Shown: positions 8,556-16,639 of the stretch, piece by piece
How positions within the stretch are numbered: position 1 is the first letter of the stretch
Layout of the letters: every line of letters starts with the position of its first letter
From: Fidelibacterota bacterium
GTDB taxonomy: Bacteria; Fidelibacterota; UBA2242
NCBI GenBank assembly: GCA_049975265.1
Contig: JBNGDF010000001.1
Location: 218,346 to 250,543, forward strand
DNA: 32,198 bases
Direction of reading: 5' to 3'
Program-made: the position numbers and the translations under genes
Notes under the pieces: model-generated
The model's input: the letters and a program-made list of their open reading frames with translations, nothing else
Told to the model about the DNA's origin: nothing
Databases searched by the model: none

Positions 8556-10721
8556 TTAAAAATTAACCCGGTCGATTTCCCGCTTTTCATCAATATCGGT
8601 ATGGATTTTACAGCGTTCGGTGGGTTCCGTGCCCTTGATGAAGATTTCGGTTTCGATCGGGCAGTATTCGGCGGGAAGCAGCTTGGTCTCTTTGCAAATT
8701 TGAACGTCGATGACGTTGGCAGGTCGATCGAAAGTGCGGTCTTTCCAGCCCTTGACTTTGTGGGCGTCCCGCATGAAGCGCGCCCAGATTGGCAGGGCGG
8801 CTTTGGCGCCGGTCTGATTCTCACCCAGTGAGACAGCCGGATTATCGACGCCGACGTAGACACCGGCGACCATATAGGGCGTATAGCCGACGAACCAGGC
8901 ATCACTGGCATCGTTGGTGGTGCCGGTCTTGCCGGCGGCAGTATGGCGGAACCCGTATTTCCAGCTGGCACTACCACCGGTACCGGACTTGATATTCGTA
9001 ACCAGCAGATCGGTTACAAGATAGGCGACCTCTTCGCTGAAGACATATTCCTGACGGGGTGTATAACTGGCGATGGTATTACCGTAGCGATCAACGATGC
9101 GAGTCACGGCGATCGGTTCGACCCAGACACCGTGATTGGCAAAAATGCCGTAAGCGGAGGTAATTTCCTGGGGAATGACCACCGCGGTTCCCAAGGCAAT
9201 GGCATCTACAGCCGGGATGTAGGTGGTCAGGTGCATCCGCCGGGCGGTTTCAACGACCGACTTGGGGGAGATCAACTCCTGGACAACCCGCGCCGCCACC
9301 AGATTGAGCGAGCGGCGAATGCCCTCCCGAAAGGTGGTCAGACCACCGGTGGAGTAGTCGAAATTGTGCGGGCGCCAGACCTTTCCGTCTTCCAGGTAGA
9401 CCACGATGGGTTGATTCAGCAGTTGTGTTGTGACGGGAAAACCGTTATCAATGGCGGTGGCATAGACGATGGGTTTGAAGACGGAACCGGGTTGCCGTTT
9501 GGCTTGGGTGGCGCGGTTGAACTGAGATATTTCAAAATCGCGTCCGCCGATCATTGCCAGAATATGACCCGTGGAAGGATCCAGCGCTATCAGAGCGCCC
9601 TCCACGACCAGCGAGTAACGCAGCGACGGCTCCATTGGAATTTCGCCACGGATCATCGCCTGGACCTGTTCAACACTTATGGTGGAATCATTTGCGAGAA
9701 TCGCCGCAATGGCTTTCGGATTGGATAAGAGGCGTTGATCGAGGATTTTTTGCTGAACTTCAATATGGCGCTGGAATGCCGAATCGGCGGTAGCCTGAAT
9801 TTTGGTATCAAGGGTCGTGTATACAGAAAGACCATCGCGGTAAATATCGACACCGAGACGGTCATCTTCCTGCTGCAGCCAGCGTCTGACCTGCTCGACG
9901 AAATAGGGCGCAATGGTGGGTGGTGGGTCGGGCTGCTGGACCTGAATCGGCGCATTGCGGTGAAGAGCGTACTCTTCGCGGGAGAGGTAACCCTCTTCCA
10001 TCATCCGATAGAGCACCAGATTACGGCGCTGAAAGGCGCTGACCGGATTGTTGATTGGGGAGTAACGCCCGGTGTTTTGAATGATGCCGGCCAGCAGGGC
10101 ACACTCGTCAACGGTCAGACTTTCCGAAGATTTGTCAAAATAGCGTTTGGCGGCTGCCTGAATGCCGTAGACACCGTTGCCCATCCAGCTGTGGTTGATG
10201 TACATTTCGGCGATTTCGGATTTACTGTACATTCTTTCGATCTGCAGCGCCGTCAGGAGCTCCTTAATCTTGCGGGAGAGGGTCTTTTCAAAGCCGATGG
10301 TGTCGTACAAAATCCGGGCCAGCTGCTGGGTCAGCGTGCTGGCGCCCTGCTGTTTGCTCAGTGTCAGAATGTCGAGGATGATGGCTCGTGAAAAATCCCG
10401 CAGGCTGAACCCCCAGTGCTGTTTGAATCGGGAGTCCTCAATGGCGATGACCGCATCCACCATAATGGGCGGTATCTTGTCGATGGTGACATAGATTCGG
10501 TGTTGGGTGAACAGTTCATGCAAGACCTCACCCTCGGAAGATAGGATCCGTGTCACCAACTCGGGATTGATATTCTGCAGCTGTTCAATGGAAGGCAGGT
10601 CTTTGGAATAATGGGAGAGAAGACCCAATGCCGCGAATGAACCAACAACGTATATTACCAGTGTATACAGCAGTGCCGCCTTCCAGCTGAGGATCTTTTT
10701 ATGTCGGTCTGTGCGTCCCAT
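8556..10721 (-). CDS. mrcA: Class A penicillin-binding protein (PBP1A family)
   Basis: N-terminal TM helix; transglycosylase motifs EDSRF..HWG, GASTLTQQL, RKIKE; transpeptidase motifs SVFK, SLN, KTG. Confidence 0.93.
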   Translation of the reverse strand: MGRTDRHKKILSWKAALLYTLVIYVVGSFAALGLLSHYSKDLPSIEQLQNINPELVTRILSSEGEVLHELFTQHRIYVTIDKIPPIMVDAVIAIEDSRFKQHWGFSLRDFSRAIILDILTLSKQQGASTLTQQLARILYDTIGFEKTLSRKIKELLTALQIERMYSKSEIAEMYINHSWMGNGVYGIQAAAKRYFDKSSESLTVDECALLAGIIQNTGRYSPINNPVSAFQRRNLVLYRMMEEGYLSREEYALHRNAPIQVQQPDPPPTIAPYFVEQVRRWLQQEDDRLGVDIYRDGLSVYTTLDTKIQATADSAFQRHIEVQQKILDQRLLSNPKAIAAILANDSTISVEQVQAMIRGEIPMEPSLRYSLVVEGALIALDPSTGHILAMIGGRDFEISQFNRATQAKRQPGSVFKPIVYATAIDNGFPVTTQLLNQPIVVYLEDGKVWRPHNFDYSTGGLTTFREGIRRSLNLVAARVVQELISPKSVVETARRMHLTTYIPAVDAIALGTAVVIPQEITSAYGIFANHGVWVEPIAVTRIVDRYGNTIASYTPRQEYVFSEEVAYLVTDLLVTNIKSGTGGSASWKYGFRHTAAGKTGTTNDASDAWFVGYTPYMVAGVYVGVDNPAVSLGENQTGAKAALPIWARFMRDAHKVKGWKDRTFDRPANVIDVQICKETKLLPAEYCPIETEIFIKGTEPTERCKIHTDIDEKREIDRVNF

Positions 10722-10731
10722 GATGCTGTGA

Positions 10732-10760
10732 ATATTACGGTTTTTCTGCTTTTTTTACAA
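10732..10760 (-). promoter_or_regulatory. Putative sigma70 promoter for PBP1A, very short leader
   Basis: Minus strand TTGTAA-17 nt-TAATAT, ending 10 nt before the ATG; no Shine-Dalgarno. Confidence 0.5.
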
Positions 10761-10809
10761 TGGTAATGATGGTATGCAATGAATCGGTTGTTATACGGAA
10801 ATTTCGGTG

Positions 10810-11625
10810 TTATGTTTCGTCAGTACCGATAGCGATGATCAGATTCATCATATAGCTGGAATAGGATTCCCTGATTTCATCGGCTGCCGTCTGAACCTCG
10901 GTATGTGTCAGCGGAGTCGGACTGAGTCCGGCAGCCAGATTGGTAACCAGGCTGATGCCCAGCATATTCAGGCGGAGATAGGCGCCCATAATGAGTTCGG
11001 GGACAGTGGACATGCCAACAACGTCACCACCGAGCTCCTGCATGATGGCGACTTCGGCGTGAGTTTCGTAGCTGGGACCGCTAGTCCAACAGTAACAGCC
11101 TTCGTACAGAGTGATACCGGTCCGGGCGGCAGACCGACGGGCGATCTGTGACAGTTTTTGACTGAAAAAGAGTTGCGGATAACGGTTCTGCGGCAACACA
11201 TTAATCTGACTGAAATTAATGAAGTCGTTGAGCAGGACCAGGTCGCCCGGCTTCAGTACCGGATTGATGCCACCGGCGGCGTTGGTCAGGATCAGGTTGC
11301 GGATGCCGAGTCTGGCTAACAGCTGGACGTAGTAGGTAACCTCGGCGAGGGATTTGCCTTCGTAGTAATGGGAACGCCCCTGAATCGCAATCACCTCCGT
11401 GCCATTAACCTGTCCAAATATCAGCCTGCCATCGTGACCGGGAACGGTAGGACTGGGAAAATGTGGAATCGCACGGCTGTTCAGGACAATGCTGCTTTGC
11501 AATGCTTCGGCAAAATAGCCCAGCCCCGAACCCAGCACGACAGCCGTCGCCGGTATCCGGTGGGAAAAGGAGCGGATATACTCTGCGGATTTTTGTAAAT
11601 GAGATTCTTTGGCAAAGGCATTCAT
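10810..11625 (-). CDS. punA: Purine nucleoside phosphorylase (trimeric PNP type)
   Basis: VVLGSGLG, VPGHDG, QGRSHYYEG, TNAAGG, GPSYET, VGMSTVPE and VTNLAAG motifs. ATG at 11625 preferred over 11715 because the first 30 aa do not resemble PNP. Confidence 0.9.
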   Translation of the reverse strand: MNAFAKESHLQKSAEYIRSFSHRIPATAVVLGSGLGYFAEALQSSIVLNSRAIPHFPSPTVPGHDGRLIFGQVNGTEVIAIQGRSHYYEGKSLAEVTYYVQLLARLGIRNLILTNAAGGINPVLKPGDLVLLNDFINFSQINVLPQNRYPQLFFSQKLSQIARRSAARTGITLYEGCYCWTSGPSYETHAEVAIMQELGGDVVGMSTVPELIMGAYLRLNMLGISLVTNLAAGLSPTPLTHTEVQTAADEIRESYSSYMMNLIIAIGTDET

Positions 11626-11792
11626 AAACGGTCTCAAATAGAGCACAAGGACGCCTGTCAAGTTATTGAGAATCGACGTATGAGGCAATAGAGAAATGGA
11701 GAAATATTTTTTCATGATCTGTTTCGAATGCTGGGAAATATGGTTAGTAATGTTAACTTATAATCACTTCAAAATTAATGTAAGAGGTATTT

Positions 11793-13019
11793 ATGAAAAC
11801 TGGCTGGACAATTGTAAGTGTGGCGATTGTAATTGTTGTACTGATCAGCGGCGCCTGCAGCAAACCGAATCAGGTTCTGCCTGGTATTGATGTATTGATG
11901 ACCGGGCAAATCGGTTTTCTAAAAGGCAAACGGGTCGGGCTGATTACCAATCAGTCGGGGGTCAGCGCGGCGCTGCAATCGACGGTGGACCTGCTGCACG
12001 AGCACCCGGATATCAATCTGGTAGCGCTCTTCGGACCGGAACATGGCGTTCGCGGGGATGTCACGGCTGGCGTGAAAGTCGATGACTTCCGCGATCCGGG
12101 AACCGGGATTCCGGTATATAGTCTTTATGGTAAAAACCGAAAACCGACACCAGAAATGCTGGCACAGCTGGATGTACTGATATACGACATTCAGGATATC
12201 GGCTCACGTGCCTATACCTATATCTACACCATGGCGCTCAGTATGCAGGCAGCCGCAGAACAGGGAAAGCAATTTGTCGTTCTGGACCGTCCGAATCCAC
12301 TGGGCGGAAACCTGGTGGAGGGACCGGTGCTGGAGATGAAATTCAGCTCCGGGATCGGTCTCTATCCTATCCCTTTTGTCTACGGCATGACCGTCGGTGA
12401 ACTGGCGCAGCTGTTCAATCAGGAATTTGATATTCACGCCGACCTGACGGTCATTCCCATGAAACACTGGGAACGTGATATGATCGGCGATGAGACCGGA
12501 CTGGAATGGGTCATTACCTCACCGCATATTCCCCATGCCAAAACGGCTCTGTTTTGTGCAGCGACCGGCTGTATCGGTGAACTGCATACTGTGGATATCG
12601 GCATCGGCTATACTTTGCCTTTCGAACTGATTGGTGAGGCGTGGATCAACGCCGACGAGCTGAGCCGGGAGTTGAACTCCTATCGTCTGCCGGGAGTCTT
12701 TTTCCGACCGATGCATTATAAACCGTACTATTACACCCGTCAGGGAGCCCAGCTGCAGGGCGTCCAGATTCATATCACTGATGCGAAATGTTTTCAACCG
12801 ATGAGAACCCAGCTGTCGGTTTTGCAGGCGATTCAAAGGTTGTATCCGGAACAGCCGATTTATGGCACCGGGCGGATCGGTATGTTTTTAAAAGCCATGG
12901 GGACGGATAAAGTTCATCTGCAAATTTTGGATGGCAAGTCTGTCGATGAGATTATGAGACAGTGGCAGGATCAGCTGGCTGAATTTAAAAAGATCAGAGA
13001 GAAGTATTTACTATATTGA
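11793..13019 (+). CDS. namZ: Exo-beta-N-acetylmuramidase NamZ (DUF1343), probable lipoprotein
   Basis: GLITNQSG, LFGPEHG, DIQDIGSRAYTY, VLDRPNPLGG, GMTVGELA motifs; lipobox-like ISGAC after a hydrophobic stretch; AGAGG RBS. Confidence 0.9.
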   Translation: MKTGWTIVSVAIVIVVLISGACSKPNQVLPGIDVLMTGQIGFLKGKRVGLITNQSGVSAALQSTVDLLHEHPDINLVALFGPEHGVRGDVTAGVKVDDFRDPGTGIPVYSLYGKNRKPTPEMLAQLDVLIYDIQDIGSRAYTYIYTMALSMQAAAEQGKQFVVLDRPNPLGGNLVEGPVLEMKFSSGIGLYPIPFVYGMTVGELAQLFNQEFDIHADLTVIPMKHWERDMIGDETGLEWVITSPHIPHAKTALFCAATGCIGELHTVDIGIGYTLPFELIGEAWINADELSRELNSYRLPGVFFRPMHYKPYYYTRQGAQLQGVQIHITDAKCFQPMRTQLSVLQAIQRLYPEQPIYGTGRIGMFLKAMGTDKVHLQILDGKSVDEIMRQWQDQLAEFKKIREKYLLY

Positions 13020-13048
13020 GACCGGCAACTGCCGGAGAATCAGCTGGC

Positions 13049-13252
13049 TCAGGTAAAGCCGCTGCTGCCGCAACCTGATCCCGAACCGGAAGAATGGCTG
13101 CCTCCGCTGATCGATGGTGCCGACATGCGCCGCTGAGATTCGTAGTGGCCACAGGCGGGGCACTGAATTTCCGAATCGGGCGTCGAGCTGGAAAAGATCA
13201 GCTCTTCAAAAACCTTTCCACAGTGTTTACATTCGTAGTCAAAAACAGGCAT
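13049..13252 (-). CDS. FmdB family zinc-ribbon protein
   Basis: MPVFDYECKHCG..FE...CPACG and a Gly/Ser-rich tail ending CGSSGFT; AGAGGA RBS. Confidence 0.85.
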   Translation of the reverse strand: MPVFDYECKHCGKVFEELIFSSSTPDSEIQCPACGHYESQRRMSAPSISGGSHSSGSGSGCGSSGFT

Positions 13253-13316
13253 CGGTCATCCTCTATTCAAAACCAACTGTTTGATGATCAATCGTCATTG
13301 CGGTTACAATTGAAAA

Positions 13317-14090
13317 TTATACTCTGAACAGCGGTTTCGCCAGCGCCACCAGCGGCGCTGGTCCTGCGATCAGTCCGTTGGGAATTACCGGGTTTGCAGA
13401 GTTGTAGCGAATCGGCTGCAGATTCCGGTTGATGACTACCCCGCCGGCGTTGCGAACGATCAGGTCTGCGGCGCAGATATCCCATTCGTGTTTTGACCGC
13501 AGACTGATGGTCAGGTCACTGCGCCGGGCGGCGGTATTGACCAGTTTGGTGGCGATGCTACCGCTGACGATGCTTTTTTTAAATAGATGAGTATAGGGTT
13601 GCCACAGCCCCGCCCGGGTTTCGGAACGGCTGACGCTGACGGTTGCCTTTTTCAGATCGCTTTGATTGCTGCACTGCAGTCGTTTGCCGTTTAGGTAGGC
13701 GGCGCCGTCAGACGCGGTGTAGAGTTCATTGGTTACCGGATTGTAAATGATGCCGATGACCGGCTCCCGGTCGATCGTCAAGGCGATGGAGACGACGAAT
13801 TCCGGGACCCCTCGGATAAACTCGAAAGTGCCGTCCAGAGGATCGACAATCCAAACCCGCCGTTTGGTCAGTCGCTCCCGGGAATCCACACTCTCTTCGG
13901 AAAGCCAGCCGTCTTCAGGATGGTTCGTGGTAATTTGAGATCGAATGAGTGTATTGGCTTCCAGATCGGCTGTGGTGACCGGATTGTGGTGACCCTTGTC
14001 CCGGATGTGATAATCACGCTTGAAATAGTTCAGAATGATCTTCCCGGCTTTCCGGGCAGTTGCCGTCGCCAGCTCCAGTTCCGGTATCAA
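13317..14090 (-). CDS. cysQ: Inositol monophosphatase family / 3'(2'),5'-bisphosphate nucleotidase CysQ-like
   Basis: PVTTADL, WLSEE, WIVDPLDGT and EWDICAA motifs; TTG start with an AAGGAG RBS. Confidence 0.8.
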   Translation of the reverse strand: MIPELELATATARKAGKIILNYFKRDYHIRDKGHHNPVTTADLEANTLIRSQITTNHPEDGWLSEESVDSRERLTKRRVWIVDPLDGTFEFIRGVPEFVVSIALTIDREPVIGIIYNPVTNELYTASDGAAYLNGKRLQCSNQSDLKKATVSVSRSETRAGLWQPYTHLFKKSIVSGSIATKLVNTAARRSDLTISLRSKHEWDICAADLIVRNAGGVVINRNLQPIRYNSANPVIPNGLIAGPAPLVALAKPLFRV

Positions 14091-14108
14091 ATTGTAAGTC
14101 GGAATCGC

Positions 14109-14723
14109 CTATTCTCCTTCTGGTAAAATTTCCACCGGGCAGCTGCAGAGCTCTTTAAACAGTCGGGCATCCTCCCTGGAGCCGATGATGCTGTTATAAT
14201 GAATGGGGACGGCGATTTTAGGTTGAATTTTTTGAGAGGCTTCGGCGGCTTCCCGGGCATCCATGGTATAGGTACCACCCACCGGCAGAAAGGCGACATC
14301 GACGTCGAGATTGTCCATTTCCGGAATGATGTCGGTATCGCCGGCGTGATAATAGCGGGTATTGTCAATAGTCACGATATAACCGGCATTATGAGCGCTT
14401 TTCGGATGAAACTGCTTGCCGATATTGTAAGCGGGAACAGCTTCAATGGAAATATCCGCAATGGAGATGGTTGCACCGATTGTAATGCGGCGCACGTCGC
14501 CGGGGAGCGGCGTTTTCACCGCCTCCGGGATGACGATAATCGTATCGGCAGTGCGAATTTTTTCGATATCGGATTCCGAGAGATGATCGTAGTGATCATG
14601 GGTGATCAGGATGATATCGGCTTTTTGCGGTGCTCCCTTTAAGCGATAGGGATCAATGTAAATAATTTTCGGTGTAGTAAACATCACCGTGGCGTGCCCC
14701 AGCCATTTGACCCTGGATAACAT
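14109..14723 (-). CDS. MBL-fold metallo-hydrolase (UPF0173-like)
   Basis: WLGHA, IDPY, THDHYDH, YHAGDT, LPVGG and PIHY motifs; AGGAGG RBS. Confidence 0.9.
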   Translation of the reverse strand: MLSRVKWLGHATVMFTTPKIIYIDPYRLKGAPQKADIILITHDHYDHLSESDIEKIRTADTIIVIPEAVKTPLPGDVRRITIGATISIADISIEAVPAYNIGKQFHPKSAHNAGYIVTIDNTRYYHAGDTDIIPEMDNLDVDVAFLPVGGTYTMDAREAAEASQKIQPKIAVPIHYNSIIGSREDARLFKELCSCPVEILPEGE

Positions 14724-14880
14724 GGTTACCTCCTGTCGTTATTCACCATTCATACCGTATTATTTACAAAAAAATGTCAGTTTTATCAAGAGGGTTTCTG
14801 TTTTGAATTGAATGTAGAACGATTAACTTTGAGCAGTGTTTTTCTTTTGTCCGACTATTAATAAATGAATCCGGGGTCCG

Positions 14881-15429
14881 TTGATGCGACATTCAAATAG
14901 AAAAATTTTTATTACGGCGCTGGTGGTTCCGCAGAATCTGGGAATAATCGTCACGGTGGTCATTATTAATCTGGTAATAATTGTCCTGGGGCGACTGTAT
15001 ATCGATCCCTTTTTATCCCGCAGACCCTGTGTGGTATGTGGGCGCCCGGACACCCAGCCGATCAAAACACTTTGGCAGTATGAGGTCAAGGTTATTCCCT
15101 ACTGTAAAGAGGTGAATCTGTGGTATTGCGACAGGCATATCCGCAATGCCCCCGACCTCGTCAAAGAGATTCCTTCAGCAAAGGATACGGTTAAAAAGCG
15201 CTATGTTCAGGCTGTGATCGGGAGTCTCCTCCTGATGATTACACTTTTCTACGCTCTGGTGCTGATGCGCTTCGAGCTGGTCTATTTTTTCAGCAGTACC
15301 CTTGTCATCGGAGCGGCTTTTCTGTTTGGAAAGATCACCTCTTCTCTGAGTCTGACGATTCTATTTGGGGCTATCGTGGCATTGCCCGGCTTGTTCTTTT
15401 ATGTCTGGAATAAGCGGGAAAAGATCTGA
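14881..15429 (+). CDS. Hypothetical membrane protein with a CxxC...CxxH motif
   Basis: Fills the gap between divergent genes; one N-terminal and about three C-terminal hydrophobic segments; loop contains CVVC and CDRH. Start may be the ATG at 14884. Confidence 0.7.
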   Translation: MMRHSNRKIFITALVVPQNLGIIVTVVIINLVIIVLGRLYIDPFLSRRPCVVCGRPDTQPIKTLWQYEVKVIPYCKEVNLWYCDRHIRNAPDLVKEIPSAKDTVKKRYVQAVIGSLLLMITLFYALVLMRFELVYFFSSTLVIGAAFLFGKITSSLSLTILFGAIVALPGLFFYVWNKREKI

Positions 15430-15490
15430 GTAGACCGGCGGAGAGAGTAAAATAGTTGAAAGTAGTTGGCTAGCAGTGGAGGAATAGCTG

Positions 15491-16612
15491 GTGATGAACA
15501 GATGTAATGTTGCGATTATCGGTGCCGGGTCGGTGGGACTGGCGATTGCCCGGCGGTTGTCTGCTATGGAAGAAGGGATAGTACTACTGGAGCGACATGC
15601 GACTTTCGGTCAGGACGCTTCAACCCGTAACAGCGAGGTGATCCACGGCGGGATGTATTACCCCACCGGAAGCCTGAAAGCGCGCCTCTGTGTGGAGGGC
15701 AACCGGATGCTCTATGAAATCTGTGCCAAACATGGTATTCCTCACCGTAAGACCGGAAAATTGATTGTTGCCAATACGTCTGATGAGCGCAGTAAGATTG
15801 AAGAAATTTTCCAACAGGGTGAGATCAACGGAGTGACCAATCTCCGTCTGATTGATGAGCCGGAAATCCGGCAACTTGAACCGCACATCAAGGCACGCTG
15901 GGCGCTGCTCAGCCCGTCATCGGGGATCATGGACGCCAGGGTGCTGATGAGCTTTTTTGAGCAGGAAGCCATCGCCAACGGTGTTTCGGTACGCTATCAT
16001 CATGAAGTTATCGGTCTGGAAAAAGATGCCGGGCTGTTCCGGATTACGATACGGAGAGAAACGGGAAAAATTGAGGAACTTTTCGCCGATGTCGTGATCA
16101 ATGCCGCCGGTCTGTTTGCGGATAAAATCGCCGCTCTGACGGGCATTGCGATTGAAAAATACCATTATAATATTCACTGGGTCAAGGGTGAATATTTCGA
16201 GATTGAACGGCGTCATAGGGGTAAAATGAGCCATTTGATCTATCCGACCCCCACGCCGGTGAGTCTGGGAATTCATGTCCGCTTGCGGCTGGACGGTTCT
16301 TTTGCCCTGGGTCCTAACGCAATTTACATCGATACCATCAACTACGATGTGGACCCGCAGCATCTGGATGATTTTTATCATGACGCCAAAAGGTATCTGC
16401 CGTTTTTGGAGAGAATCGACCTGACGCCGGGCATTGTCGGTATCCGGGCGAAGTTACAGGCGGAGGGCGAACCGGTCAGGGATTTTGTCATTCGCCACGA
16501 GGAGGACAAAGGTCTGCCGGGGCTGATCAACCTGATCGGAATTGACTCTCCCGCCCTGACCGCCTGTCCGGCGATTGCTGAGGAGGTCGCCGGGATATAT
16601 CGAAATCTGTAA
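15491..16612 (+). CDS. FAD-dependent oxidoreductase, L-2-hydroxyglutarate oxidase (LhgO)-like
   Basis: IIGAGSVG dinucleotide-binding motif, STRNSEVIHGG, INAAGLFAD, KGEYF, LGIH and GIDSPALT; GGAGG RBS. Confidence 0.85.
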   Translation: MMNRCNVAIIGAGSVGLAIARRLSAMEEGIVLLERHATFGQDASTRNSEVIHGGMYYPTGSLKARLCVEGNRMLYEICAKHGIPHRKTGKLIVANTSDERSKIEEIFQQGEINGVTNLRLIDEPEIRQLEPHIKARWALLSPSSGIMDARVLMSFFEQEAIANGVSVRYHHEVIGLEKDAGLFRITIRRETGKIEELFADVVINAAGLFADKIAALTGIAIEKYHYNIHWVKGEYFEIERRHRGKMSHLIYPTPTPVSLGIHVRLRLDGSFALGPNAIYIDTINYDVDPQHLDDFYHDAKRYLPFLERIDLTPGIVGIRAKLQAEGEPVRDFVIRHEEDKGLPGLINLIGIDSPALTACPAIAEEVAGIYRNL

Positions 16613-16639
16613 ATGGGATTGGTCTTTCGGGACGTGTAC

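Noticed and set aside
11626..11715. 30-aa N-terminal extension of PNP in the ORF track
   Set aside because: No resemblance to PNP and it runs into the AT-rich divergent promoter region; ATG at 11625 is more plausible.
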